Shown here in pieces: positions 26,562-40,250 of a stretch of DNA of 64,000 nucleotides; position 1 is the stretch's first letter, and every line of letters begins with the position of its first letter. Location: assembly GCA_964016885.1 (NCBI GenBank), contig OZ024745.1:101370001-101434000 (forward strand), given 5' to 3'. Source of the DNA: Eledone cirrhosa. Its lineage: Eukaryota. The notes under the pieces are model-generated. The model was given only the letters and a program-made list of their open reading frames with translations, searched no databases and was not told where the DNA came from. The position numbers and the translations under genes are program-made.

Positions 26562-26638
26562 CAGGGTGTCTCCAAAAATGTAAACACACTTTAACAGCAT
26601 TCTAATAAAAATGTGTATACATTTTTGGGACACCCTCT
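26562..26638. mobile_element. Very short Tc1/mariner-like MITE
   Basis: TIRs CAGGGTGTCTCCAAAAATGTA / TACATTTTTGGGACACCCT. Confidence 0.7.
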
Positions 26639-26868
26639 CTGTGTGTGTGTCTATATATATTTCCAAACCCATGCAAGCGTGGAACATGGACGTTAAACGA
26701 TGATGACGTTATATATATATATATATAAATATAACCAAAGATTAATATGGTTCATTGATTACTCAATGCATATAGTTTTACAATAGATTAAAAGCACTCT
26801 ACAATGGTTTTCTGGGGTTATTATTATTCATAATAATAATAAATGAAGACATTCACATAATCAAAATA

Positions 26869-26935
26869 TATTTTATTATATATATTTCGAAGGTACTGTG
26901 CTGTTTTTTTCAGTACGTCCTCGTCAGATAAAATA
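26869..26935 (-). ncRNA. Minimal hammerhead ribozyme motif (TATTTTAT family)
   Basis: Minus strand reads TATTTTAT-CTGACGA-[GGACGTACTG..CAGTACCTTC]-GAAA-T-ATAT-A-TA-ATAAAATA. Confidence 0.83.
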
Positions 26936-27342
26936 CATGAATTGATGTATGACATACCTCAACGGTCTTGATAGTACAATTCCAGTATTGACTGCCAATA
27001 CTGGAATTGAACTATCAAGACAGTTGTGGTATGTCATACATCAATTCATGTATTTTATCTGACGACGACGTACTGAAAAAAACCCATATATTTTGATTAT
27101 GTGAATGTCTTCATTTATTATTATTCTGAATAAAAGTATATATATATATATATAGATACGATATTAACAAATGGAAACTATATTTATAAAACCATATTTA
27201 TTTCATTATACATATTTCAAGGACACCAAGTTAAATTATGGTGAAGTTCCTGGATAGTCACAACTATCCAGGAGCTTCCAACAGTAATGGTTGCATTTTT
27301 AAAGTGTATGTCAATATTTATTTATAAAACTGATCTATATTA

Positions 27343-27407
27343 TATTTTATCTGATGAAAGCACACCATAATTTAACTTGGCGTCCTTGAAATATGTATAA
27401 TGAAATA
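27343..27407 (+). ncRNA. Minimal hammerhead ribozyme motif (TATTTTAT family)
   Basis: TATTTTAT-CTGATGA-[AAGCACACCA..TGGCGTCCTT]-GAAA-T-ATGT-A-TA-ATGAAATA. An inverted partial arm lies at 27157-27243. Confidence 0.78.
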
Positions 27408-27595
27408 AATATGGTTTTATAAATATAGTTTCCATTTGTTAATATCGTATTTTTACTCCAAATATTTGTTGAGTGCTTTATATCAGTTATAAAAATATTT
27501 AAATAGAACAATTTAAATAGAACTTTTACATATATATATATATATATAAGTCAAATATGTAAAATTTGGCTTCGTTTATTACAAATTATAGATAT

Positions 27596-27653
27596 ACTGC
27601 TATATATATTTCGGTGACAGCCATCATTGGCTGTGACCTCTTCTTCAGGCAGT
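27596..27653 (-). ncRNA. Minimal hammerhead ribozyme motif
   Basis: Minus strand reads ACTGC-CTGAAGA-AGA-GGT-C-ACAGCCA(ATGA)TGGCTGT-C-ACC-GAAA-T-ATAT-A-TA-GCAGT, with a perfect 5-bp stem I. Confidence 0.85.
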
Positions 27654-28369
27654 CTGAATTGGTGTGAGAAGAACAGGTACATATGTTGTTGAAGTGTGTT
27701 TTACTCCGCCATTCCATCGATATGTCCAGCTCCTGGTAGTGTTGTTATTTCACTTAGGAACTGGAATCATATGAGTTAGAGCAAACGAATGTCATAGGAC
27801 ACACTGGCATCCCATTGGTCAGTTGTGAGAACATTCCTCAGTCAAAAGTCTATAGAAATTTTTCTGAGGCAAGACAATCTGTTGTAGTAGTTTTTATTTG
27901 GGTACAGCTGACCTCCTCCATTGTGTTGGTAGTGGTGTTAAGGGGTCAGCTGGCAGGTCAGTTTTAGTGTGCTGCTGCTATGTTCAGAAGAATTTGTGTG
28001 TAGGTTGGCATCTATCCTGCCACCATTTCACGTGGTGGGGATGCCAAACAAATAAAAAATAAAAATGTGTGTGTGTTACAACCAATATCAAAATTTGAAA
28101 GTATTGAAAAATATTAACTGAAGCAGAAAAGCTGTGTGTCAGAATCGAGAAGTGCAAAGAATTACAATTCTTATACTATCATCAGGTGGTGCATTTTAAG
28201 AGCAAATGAGATAAGAGTCGAGTGTAAAACACCAAAAACCTGAGTGTCAAAATCCGGAAATACAAAGGACTACAGTTCCTATTTCGGCATAAAGTACATA
28301 TGTGTGTATGTCAATGCACATCGTTGCAAGCACACATGCACAAACACAGGCTCAGGTACATTCCATATG

Positions 28370-28405
<36 letters not shown>

Positions 28406-29050
28406 TACATACACTATATATATATACACACACACACACATATATATATATACATATATTACTCGTATGCGGACCTTGACCGCGGAATCAACTACCATCC
28501 TAGGATTTTACTAACCATTCCACCACATCTTCTTACGGAATCACCTTTATGACTCACCCACACTTACACCCAAAAAAACTTTTTTTCCCACACGCCACCT
28601 ACACCCACAACACGCTTAAACACCACACACACATGCGTTCCACCACATATTTACACATTCAGCCTCCGGATTCCTCTCCCCCCACCCCTCTATCCACACA
28701 CGTACACACACTCCGACCTACACCCCACCCCACACACACCTCTTCTTGAACATGCAACCCCGTTCTTCCCCCAACCCTTGCTTTCACATACACACACACA
28801 CGTACACCTACACACACACACCACCTTCAACCCTCCCCGCTCGGACACCCCGTCTCCCTCTCCTACTTCACCCGCCACCACCCCTACACGCCCCACACCC
28901 TTCCACCACCTGTTTTACTCCATTTTAATTTTATTTTGATCATGCTTTTATTTTTAATTTCATTCGCACCGTTTCCTCCCACCCCCTTTTCGCTATATGT
29001 CTCTCCACCTCTCCCCTACACACCCTTTGAACTCTCTTCCCACACACTTT

Positions 29051-29085
29051 TCACCTGAAGAAGGGCTTATGCCCGAAACCTCGTT
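29051..29085 (+). ncRNA. Hammerhead-core motif in the pLTR-like end of a nested insertion (28462-29170)
   Basis: CTGAAGA-A-GGGC(TTAT)GCCC-GAAAC. Stems I and III are degenerate. AATAAA follows at ~29121. Confidence 0.55.
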
Positions 29086-29175
29086 CCCCACCACCACCCC
29101 ACTCTCAAGAGCGTGAAATTAATAAACATTTGTTGTACTGCCTCTCTGTTTTGTTCCTGTTCAAATTTTCCATTA

Positions 29176-29220
<45 letters not shown>

Positions 29221-29222
29221 AT

Positions 29223-29480
29223 ATCATCATCATCATCATCATCATCAACGTTTAACGTCCGTGTTCCACGCTTGCATGGGTTTGGACGCGGGTAGTCCCA
29301 CTTGAGGCAAGAGTGATTGTCTTGCTCGCATAGGACTGTCTGGCTGGTTTTCTACAGTTGGATGCCCTTCCTAACACCAACCACATTTACAGTGTGGGTC
29401 TGGGAGGTTTTTACCGTGTTGCCTACACGGCCACATTACAGCGTGGACTGTGTGTTTTTTTGTCGTGACACCTACACGAT
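29223..29480 (-). mobile_element. RTE LINE 3' UTR fragment
   Basis: Reverse complement of ~44860-45105, with a (CAT)n tail. Confidence 0.85.
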
Positions 29481-29493
29481 CTCATTTGATATA

Positions 29494-29533
<40 letters not shown>

Positions 29534-29694
29534 CACATACACATACACATACATGCAAGTATCTATGTATGTATAATTTTAAACAATAGTATCTATGCAT
29601 GGACATATGTATAAGTATGTGTTGCAATAGGAGTCGATCGAGGCAGGAGTAGGAGTGGTGAGTGTGTAGGGGCGTGGTTTACCTTAGGCTCGGT

Positions 29695-31305
29695 AACGGA
29701 CCTGGTTGGGCTCTTCCTGCTGAAGCAGATAAAGGAAGAAATCCCCTGCCTGGGCGGCGGATTATATCGTGACGATGCTCTATTCACAGTCTATGACAAC
29801 AGCACCACTATGGTGGAATGAAGAGGAGAATTAGGCATTTCTTTAAGAACCATGGGCTTAGTATTGAACTAGACCCAAATAGAAAGGTAGTCAACTTCCT
29901 AGAGACCACCCTAAACCTGAGCAATGAGCAATACTACCCCTATCACAAGCCCAACGAGAAACTGGTATATGTTAACGCCAAGTCAAACCACCCTAGATCC
30001 ATAATTAAGGCCGTAGTGAAGAGTGTCTCGGACAGGATCTCCAGCCTGTCCGCCAATAAGGAGATCTTCGATAGCAACTCAGAGTATTACAACACAGCTC
30101 TAAATATGGCGGCGCATGGACAAAATATATATTATAATCCGAGGCGCCATGATAAGGATAGCCCATCGGACCTCCCCGACCCACGGTATCCGGGAAGGGG
30201 GGGGGGACCCTAACAGTACAGGCAGAGTGGAAACCACTAACCCCCATGAACCCGACACCACCACATTAGCGAAAAGGACGAGTACGCCTAGCCATAGGAG
30301 GAAACTCAGCACGAGTAGCGGTCTCAGGGGTGATACTAACCACCCAGTGGCCCGACGCCCCCAACCGCGACGGATGGAGGATCATCCCATGGTAGAACTC
30401 CCAGCGTGAGCAACAACCACCCCACAGGTATGGGCCGGGAAGCTAGCAAAACACATAGCGCCCAAAGGGGAAGCAACAATGCGGGAGCCACTAGCAACCC
30501 AACAACTCCCCACAGCACGCTCAATCCACCCATAGGAATAGACGTAGAAAAATCACATGGTACAACCCACCCTACTCAGCGGTCCTAAAGAACACCCTGG
30601 CCCGGTCATTCTTTAGAGCACTAGATAAATGCTTCCCAAGGGACCATAGATACCACAAGATCTTCAACAGACACACTGTGAAGCTCTCGTATTCTACCAC
30701 ACGCAACGTAGCCCAGCACATATCGGTAGACTTAGAAACTACACACAACAATCAGTGGCAATATAAGCACCCAGCAGAACCATGTGGAGGGAAGGAAGGG
30801 TGGACCCGGTACCCACCCCATGAACCCAAACAGACCCAGGGAACCCCACCCTATAATACGCAATGGGAACCCCACATTAGGCACTCAGGGGTCGACCACC
30901 TCCTGCAACTGCAGAACCCCCACATTATTCCCCCTTAGTAATGAATGCCTAAGAAAGAACTTAATATACGGATGTAGAGAAGAAACCCCCAAGTCTGAAC
31001 ACCTTTACATAGGAGCCACATCAACGAGCTTCAAAGACCGATGGTATAACCATCGCCATTCCTTTAATAGGGAGGACAAAAGGAAAAGTACGGCTCTTTC
31101 TGAACTGATCTGGAAGCTCAAGCTGGACAGGTCCCTGTACTCTCTGGCCTGGTCCCAAATCAGGAAAGTACCACCTGATAGAGGGGGATCTGGCATCTGC
31201 AAACTATGTCTGAGCGAGACCCTCAAGATACTCAGCGGTGGAAGCAGCCTAATAAACCTAAGGGCCGACTTCTTTGGTAGACACCTCAAGCTATATGGAC
31301 AATAA
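29695..31305 (+). pseudogene. Frameshifted Penelope-like RT plus GIY-YIG endonuclease
   Basis: DLVGLFLL..GLYRDD (YRDD at 29765-29776); VNFLETTLNL..PYHKPN..YVNAKSNHP; RKITWYNPPYS..HKIFNRHTVKLSYS (~30546-30700); CNCR..C..LIY..YIGATSTSFKDRWYNHRHSF..CKLCLSE. Confidence 0.92.
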
Positions 31306-31499
31306 CAACACATTGGGATGAGAACTTCCCTCAAGCTATAGGGACAGTAGCTCTGCCACACCGAGCCCAAGGTAAACCACCCCTACTCCTGCCTCGATCG
31401 ACTCCTCTCGCAACACATACTTATACATATGTCCATGCATAGATACTATTGTTTAAAATTATACATACATAGATACTTGCATGTATGTGTATGTGTGTA

Positions 31500-31560
<61 letters not shown>

Positions 31561-31784
31561 GTATGTGTGTATATATATATATATATATACATATGGAATG
31601 CACCTGAGCATGTGTTTGTGCGTGTGTGCTTGCAACGATGACCGTTGACATACACACATATGTACTTTATGCCGAAATAGGAACTGTAGTACTTTGCATT
31701 TCTGGATTTTGACACTCAGGTTTTTGGTGTTTTACACTCCACTTTTATCTCATTTGCTCATAAACATAAGAGGTATGTTTACAA

Positions 31785-32350
31785 TGTTGTGTTCTGGAAA
31801 GGAGATTGCGTTGGTATGGACATGTGGTGTGTATGAAGGACGACAGCTGTATAAAAAAGTGCAGGGCAATGAAAATTGATGGAAGCTGCGGAGTGGGTAG
31901 ACCAAGAAAAACCTGGGACGAGGTGATAAAAACAGACCTTGCCCACCTACACCTCTCTAAGACAATGACACTGGATCAAGACCTTTGGCGCCATGCAGTT
32001 GTACAGAAGACCCAACTACCCTTGCATGCAAACCTACAGTCAGTAGGCACCTCTTAACTCAATGTACACCCCGCCGCCACACCCTACCCCATCCTCCCAT
32101 TCTGTCCACTGTGTCAATAACACAACAGTCCACACTGTAAGGTGGCCGTGTAGGAGACGCGGTGAAAAAGCTCCCACTCCACACTGTAAATGTGGTTGAT
32201 GTTAGGAAGAGCATCTAGCTGTAAAAAAAACCTGCCAGAGACACTTCCGTACGAGCGAGACATGGTCTCCCGACCATTCCAGCATCAAATGGAACAAAAC
32301 CGTCTAACCCATGCTAGCATGGAAGATGGAGGTTAAACGATGATGATGAT
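31785..32350 (+). mobile_element. RTE LINE 3' fragment
   Basis: [20 protein letters not shown], then the 3' UTR and a (GAT)n tail. Confidence 0.88.
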
Positions 32351-32741
32351 ATATATACATGCGTTGATTTGGCAGAGTTGTTAGAGCGTCGGATAGAATG
32401 CTTTGCAGTATTCGTTTCCACTCTCTGCTCTCTGAGTTCAAATACTCACCAAAGTCAACTTTGTCTTTCATCCATTCGAGGTTGATAAAGAAAGTACAAG
32501 TCTAGTACTCAGGTCAAACGTTGTTTGATATTTTCATGCATCATAAATGTAACATAGGTTATAAACTCGTCTGTACATAAACAGTAATAACTCATGATTG
32601 ACCCAATTGATTATGTTAAAACAAGTATATATGGGCAGCCAACACGCCTAAATATATTGTGGTACTGCATTACCATGTTATACATAGCAAAATCAGTACC
32701 ATTACTTTTGGAATAACCTTGTGTATGTATATATAAATATG

Positions 32742-33078
32742 TAATACAGAGTACCCGACCTCCCATGGGTACAAGCTGAAGCATATAGACAATATGCCCC
32801 CACACCCTCCCACTGCAAGGTGGTCGTGGAGGTGCCACGGCAAAAAAGCACCCAGCCCACACTGTAAAGTGGACGTGTAGACGCCACGAAAAAGCCCCCA
32901 GCACTCACTGTAAATGAGGTTGGTGTTAGGAAGGGCATCCAGCTGTAGAAATCAAGCCCAATCAGTTCCTGTATGAGCAAGGCATGGTCAGCCGACCAAA
33001 CACTGCCCACAACAGGACAACCCGTCTAACCCATGCTAGTGTGGTAGAACGGACGTAAAACAGTGATGATGATGATGA
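32742..33078 (+). mobile_element. RTE LINE 3' UTR fragment
   Basis: Near-identical to 57641-57990. Confidence 0.88.
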
Positions 33079-33942
33079 TAATATAAAACCAGTGCGGGCA
33101 ATGACTACTTCTCAGTCATATCAATCCAGTCTGCCTGCTGGAAACCCCACCATCAAAAAAAAAAAAAAAAAAAAAAAGAAAAACGTTTTTACTTGGGACA
33201 CTGCATATACACACACACATACATATCACTGAGAATAATCTCTTCCCCAACTGGGAGAGATGGGTTACTGGAATCATTCACTCACCTCCACAATCAAATT
33301 TATGCCTCTTTTCATCATGCTGACATAAGCTCTGGTGATTTTGTCACTGTCAATTTGTTGATTCCACTGAGATTTATTCTAATTACTCTACACCTCTCTG
33401 CCAGGGACTTCATCAGTTCTTGATACTTCATCTGACTGACTGGCTGGCTCAGCAAGCAAAAGCAAACATTCATTTTCTTCACTTATCAAAAACTATTGCA
33501 GCCACACCCCTTTTCTTCTTCTCATACATCATCTGATTCTTTTTAATATATTAAGGTGGTGGATGTTGTAAAAAAAGAGATTAACTCTTGGTTAGATAGC
33601 CAAGTCTGCATCTTGCTTTGGATTATCAGTTGAGGCTATTTTACTTCACTCATATCAACAAATGCTTATGTTACTGATGTTGTTTAGGCTTGTGCCAGCC
33701 CCGATCAATTAGATCTATGATTAGAAGCCATGAAAATCCTGTATTTGTTTTTAAATTGAAGTGTAGTATATTTAAAACTACATAGTCCAATGTGCCCTTC
33801 ATTTCTTAAGATAGTCAGTTAATTTATAAGCGCGATATGGCTGCTATTTCTTGTAGATCAAATGACCACAAATACACACTTCTTGACTTAGGATATTCAT
33901 AAGCTGTTGTTGTTGTGCTTATTTATTCTCATGTAAGCTCTG

Positions 33943-34349
33943 TTAACCCTTTAGCATTTACATTACTCTCTATATATTATTATATGTTCATGGTAGATGG
34001 TGAATTGGCGGTATCGGTAGAGGGTCGGACGCCATACTTTGACGCATAGAATTACGGCCCTTGCCATTCTGAGTTCAAATCCCGCTGAGGTTAACTTTGC
34101 CTTTCATCCTTACGGGGTCAATAAAATAAAGTACCAGTAATGCACTGGGTAATTGCTGGCCTTGTGCCAAAAGAAGAAACAATTATATTTTCAGGGTAAA
34201 GGCTTTACCTCACATAATATCAAATCTACGAGATTTTGATATTATTTATTTTGAAAACAATACCTTAACATAAGTATGAGTGGCCGGTTACAGCCAGTTT
34301 GAATAGAAAGAGGTGAGAGAATTCTGGCCGGTTTAAATGCTAAAGGTTA
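33943..34349. mobile_element. piggyBac-like MITE with a nested SINE A (33992-34185)
   Basis: TTAA|CCCTTTAGCATTTA ... TAAATGCTAAAGGTTA. Related copies at 34809-35019, 35945-36135, 37607-37836 and 58374-58949. Confidence 0.7.
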
Positions 34350-35679
34350 TATTAAATCTATGATAAGACAATCCAGTCATGTCAACCATTTCTTCTGTTT
34401 CAGGAGAATATCAAATGTTTAATTCCTTTTCTTAAACAGAAGAGTTTTTGATTTGAAATAAATTTTGTAGCTGTTTCTACCACTAAAACATATTGTTAGC
34501 TCATAAAGATTTGTTATTAAGAGGCATGAACATCAACACACTCTATTTCCTTATTCATTATAAATCGGAGACATTTTATTAGTTTACCCATTCACAGTAA
34601 AACCATCCTACAAGTTTACAGTAGATATGTTTCATATAGAAATTGAGAGCCAACAAGGAAGATTAGTTTCCTTCAAATCATACCCTACACTTCTAGATAA
34701 GCCAAGGACACATGCAGTCTACCATATCCCCACATTCATTCTGCCCCTCCTGCCAAAAAAAAAAAAAAAAAAAAAAAAAGAGGGGGATGATTACAGCTGG
34801 AATACCTTTAACCCTTTATATTACTCTATATATACTATTATATATTCACAGTAAAAGCCTTACCTCACATAGTTATCTCACATAATATCGAATCTATGAG
34901 ATTTTGATGTAATTTATTTTGAGAACAATACCTTAACATCAGTATGAGCAACTGATTATGGTCAGTTTGAACAGAAAGAGGTGAGAGAATTCTGGCCAGA
35001 TTAAATGCCAAAGGATTAAACTTAGATCTAACTAAAGTTATGTGACTTAAAAAAAAACACAAAATAAAAAAACATAAAATATAGAGCAAATTGAAAAAAA
35101 ATAGTTTATTCACGTCTCATAACTTCTGAATGTTGTAGAGAAGTTTTAATATCTGAAAACATACTTTTCTGTTTTACATAATGAATTATTCTCAATGAAA
35201 TGTCTCTTTGGGAATAGTGACCCCTTGGAATGTGTAGAATGCTACTTCACCATTATCCACAAAGGCCCAGTTGATAGGTACTTGATCTTTAAGTAAACCA
35301 GTAAGATGAATGAAATCTGCCAAACTTGGTGGTTTATCATCAAACCTGAAAAAGATAACATTGGAAAGTTAACAACAATGGTTTATACTTTAGGCACAAG
35401 GCCAAGAATATGAAAAAGAGGGTAAAGTTGATTAAATCAACCCTAGTATTTGACTGGTATTTTATTCATCCTGGAAGGATGAAAGTCAAAGTTAACTTCA
35501 GAATGTAAAGAGCCAGAACACCTCTAAATTTAACCCCCTTATATTTTATCTTCAAATTTAATTCATTATCACCAACAAGTTCCAGTGGCTGACATAATAT
35601 TTCTACTTCATGCTTCCTTGAGAATGATGGTTGGGACTATGGTTGATAGGCTTCAAATATCTTATATATTACTTATTGT

Positions 35680-35850
35680 TACCGTATTTCCCGGCGTCAA
35701 AGAAGCTACTTCTTTCTTAAAATAAGTCTCAAAAATCTACCATGCATCCTAGAGGCCGAAGGTTGTTTATTTTATTTTTTTTATTTTTGGTTGTCAAAAT
35801 TAGGGTGTGTCCTCAAGGACGAAGCATCTTTGCCGCTGCGAAATATGGTA
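35680..35850. mobile_element. pogo/Tigger-like MITE
   Basis: TA|CCGTATTTCCCGGCG ... CGCTGCGAAATATGG|TA. Confidence 0.7.
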
Positions 35851-37606
35851 ATTTCTGGATTATCTTAGTTGAGTATTTAATTCATTTGATTATATAGTTT
35901 AGCAGTTTATCATGGTAGCCCATTTTGGCAAATCAATAATCCTCTAACCATTTAGCATTCACATTACTCTATATTTACTATTGTATTTTCACAGAAAAGG
36001 CTTTATCTCACAAAATATCGAATCTACAAGATTTTGATATTATCTATTTTGAGAACAATACCCTAATGTCAGTATGAGCAGCCGGTTACGACCGGAAATA
36101 GGTGAAAGAATTCTAGCCGGATACAGCCAGTTTGAAAAACAATTGAAAAACAATTTTCCAAAAATTTGATAAAATTAACATTTGGTAATTTTTCTTCAGG
36201 AAATATCCTTCAGTTTACATTTGCTGTAAATGTGTGGTAAGCCTTACAGCTAATTCTTTTTAATACTTAGGCCAGGGAGGGGGGGAGGAGGGAGGAAGGT
36301 ATAAAGAAATATGTAAAAAAAAAAAAACCCATAAAAAAAGCTAAATCTTGAATACAATCATGTCTTAAATAATACATATCTAAAAGAAAAGCTGTTCTCC
36401 ATATATATGATTATATAGAGAGAGATAGATATCATAACATCTGTTCTCACTGATATATACATACACACACACACACATACATAGATTCTCCCATTTCCTT
36501 AGAACAAAGGTGGAAGACTAATAAATAGAAGCTTGTTCAGCAGTTGATACAAGGACTATGCTGCATGCCCAGAGTGGTACATCACTCCTTCAGTTTATTT
36601 TTTTATTTTTTCCTCCTATTCTATCTGTTTTCCTTTCTTTCTATCACCACTATTATTCTTGTTTTCAATCTAGCAAACTATTATTGCTGATTCCATGTTT
36701 ATATATATGTCAAATATCTGCAACTTCTTATCTGTAGCATGTGAGCACTTCATATATATAAAAAAACCTTTTTTTTTCTTTTTTTTCAACCTTCCAGTTT
36801 CCTCTTTCTCCGATACATTCCAACAAGCGTGAAACTAAGAAAACTTTGTGCGATTGTATTTCTGTGTTTATCTTTTTCAATCTTGAATAATATATATTTT
36901 GAAAATAAATTTAGAAGCTTTCACTGTATATTGACGACAGAAAATAGTTTAATGTTTAGGACATTAGCATGCATGGGAATCCAGCCTACACCCCTATTTT
37001 CATGATAAATGTGCTAACCGATTACACTTATCGCAAAAATAAAGAGTGTGGGTTGGATTCCACCCATGTTTAATGTCCTTTCCTTTTCCATTATGGAAGC
37101 TCATATGCCCTAATATTAGACTATAGTCAATATATGGGGAAAGCCTCTAATTCTATTTTTAATATTTTCAATGGCCACAATATTTTAATTCACACACACA
37201 CACATGCACAGATATGTATATTTGTTTAGCTTCCTTATGGTTTCTGTCAACCAAATTTCCTCACAAAGCATCAGTTGACTTGGGGCTATGGTAGGGAACA
37301 CTTTTCTAAGGAAGATGTTATACAGTGGGACTGAACTGAAAGCCACATAGTTCTGAAAGAAACTTAACTACACAGCTATATGTTTGGATATTGATTAGAA
37401 AATATGTACTGAGAAATGACACACATACTGAATCTGACAAAGATATATGTGAGATTTAACCCCTTGCTCATCCGAGAGGTCAGTAGTTCTGATTAAATAC
37501 TCACTTGGTCTGTGTTGACCTGACCAACTCTTGCTAGCAGAGAAAATGGATCTTAAATGATGATGTTGATCACTGTTACAAAATACATATTTTGGTAATA
37601 TTTGCT

Positions 37607-37836
37607 TTAACCCTTTGGCATTTACATTACTCTATATATACTATTGTATTTTCACGGTAAAGGCCTTATCTTACATAATTATCTCACATAATATCGAATC
37701 TATGAGATTTTGATAATAATCATTTTGAGAACAATACCTTAACATCAATATGAGTGGCTGGTTACGGCTGGTTTACACAGAAAGAGGTGAGAGAATTCTG
37801 GTCAGATATGGTCGGTTTAAATGCTAAAGGTGTTAA
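37607..37836. mobile_element. piggyBac-like MITE
   Basis: TTAA|CCCTTTGGCATTTA ... TAAATGCTAAAGGTG|TTAA. Confidence 0.72.
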
Positions 37837-40094
37837 AAGACTCAACAATACGTTTATTTTATGGGATTTCTTGGACAAAAATAAGATGAAATAAAATATA
37901 ATTACCATCTAACTAAATCGAAGTAGTGATGTCTAGACAGTTCCTTCCTTCTAAATATCATACTGAGTTCATAATCAAAGACAAATATTTTTAACCCATG
38001 GACAACTCTGACTGCAGATGTAAGGTCAAAATCGTTTTAATCATGACTTTCCTGTATTTTTCTTTCTAAGGTACAGTGTACCTAGGAATACATTATCTAA
38101 TGGATTATATTTTTCAAGAGAGTTAAATGTGTACTTTAAAAAATGTTTGGCTGTTTCTTGCAGGTTGAGCGACAATATAACCACACTTTGGTGGCTCTTT
38201 GTTACAAAACATGTATGCATGTAACTACCTTATCTATTTATCTCTCTCTGTATTTATCTCTCTCACTAACTCACTGTTTCTCCTTCCCACTTTACCTCTT
38301 CTCTCTCACTCTCTCTTTCTAACTCTTACATAAATCTCTCTTCACCTTTTCCCCAAATGTTATACATTTCTTTTGAAATGTAAAATGTAAACATAAAAGT
38401 GATATGTATAGAGATAATTTGGTATTATAATGAAAGGCCTAAACATTGGCAGAGAAAGTAAATAGTCAAAGAAACATCTTTAAGATTGGACAACAATTTC
38501 TCTGAAAGCAATCTTTGTAGGCATTCTAACATTAGCATCATCTAATAAGTTTAGATTTAAACTGACAGAAAATGGATGGATCTGATCAACCTGACTGTTT
38601 CCATTGGTCTCATAACAAAAACTAGATCTCCCTCCTTACCAATGTTATTTGCATGTCAAATTTGAAATTAACAAAAAGATGGTGCATTAAGACAAGCTTT
38701 ACATAATGGCCAGAAAATATAAAAGTAATTGGAAATAAAGAGCTTGGATGAAAAATGTGACATAAATAATAGGTTGATAAGTAGGGAGTGAGAAAGATTA
38801 TAAAGATACAGGAGGTGGGTGAAGAGTGGAAGAGTGCAAAGTAAAGAGGAATAAATAAAGATTTGAAATGAAGTAAGAGGGGTGGAAATGTTTAAACAAG
38901 AACTTTTATAGTCAGTATTGATTAAACTCTGATATACATTATTTCTCTTCCCTACCAGCAACATATCCATGCCTATACCCTAGAGATTATACTGAAGTGG
39001 GTGGTCAAAACATTATAGGACCACACAGAACAAGATGAGATATGGTCTACTTGGTCTTTAGATAGATATCATACTTACATTCCAACATTAAAATAATTCA
39101 ACAATGTTGGGTGGTGAGCAATAAATTATTTGAGGGGAGTGTGAAATGGGACTTGAGATTTCAGAATTGAATTGTTTAAAGAGGTAAATGGGTGGAATGT
39201 GGAACCCCAAAACAACAAAACCAAAAAAAGAGAAAAAAAATGACGAAAACAAAACAGTGGTTATAATTTTTTTCAGGGTTAAGCACACTTTTGTGGAATG
39301 CTCTAAATTCTAGTCCCAAAATAATTTTTATGTTTCATTATTATATTTTCTTCTATTTGTGTCTATGTTGTTTATTCCAGACACTTAACAAGAACATAAC
39401 TAGAAAACAAATAAATAAATCATTTGGGCTAGTGAAAGTTCACAATATACAAGAGTAGACAAAGAGACAAAAGCAGTTATTTCATTATGCTAGCATCTGA
39501 AGATGTCACTGTTAGTATAAGTCATAGTAAAAAAAAAAGGGGTTCTCTAGTGGAGAAAAAATGTATTAAGAGATTTATTACATAGTAAAAGCTAAGATCT
39601 TTATCAAATGTCAAAACAAATTACTTGTTTTAATCATTATAATTGTATTTGTCATAAAAATAAATCCCAAATTCTAAAACTTAACTTCATAGCATCCTTT
39701 CTAGATCTCAACTTCTGTATTAATCACAACATAAAAACCTACTACACAAATTATCTAACTGAGGGTTTCTTGTAAAACAGTATAATTGTCATGGTTTAGC
39801 ATAAGAGAAGAAGACAGCCATTAAACTACCAAAGGTTCAACACTGGTAATCCAATAAATTATGAGGCTAAAGCATAAACTAATTAGAAAAGTGAATATTT
39901 GTTGTCTCAATGCTTTATCTATTACGTATATAAGCATATAAGCAAACAGACACTATATGTGTGTGTGGTCCTGGAACTCCTGATAGAGTCATAAGGGCAC
40001 CGTATTGACATATGACGTTTCTTGGGCATTTTAAGCCTAGCGGAGCCCATCACCTCTCCAGGCCTGAGTACAACAGATTTCTTCCAGAAAGAGG

Positions 40095-40250
40095 AAGAAT
40101 CGACTCCAGTATTAGACTGGTACTTTTTTTATCGACTTTGAAAGGATGAAAGGCAAAGTTGACCTTGGCAGGATTTGAACTCAGAGAGCAGGAACGAATA
40201 CCATAAAGCATTCTATCAGACGTTCTAATGACTCTGACGATTCGCCACCT
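40095..40250 (-). mobile_element. SINE family A (diverged)
   Basis: CTGGTACT..TTTATCGAC..AAGGATGAAAGGCAAAGTTGACC..GGATTTGAACTCAGA. Confidence 0.75.

Larger units (their letters stand above)
28200..31759 (+). mobile_element. 5'-truncated Penelope-like element (probably Naiad-type) with an inverted copy of its 3' tail at the 5' end
   Basis: The 3' UTR (31360-31759) is mirrored by 29490-29694 plus 28200-28460. The RT/GIY-YIG coding remnant lies between. Confidence 0.85.
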
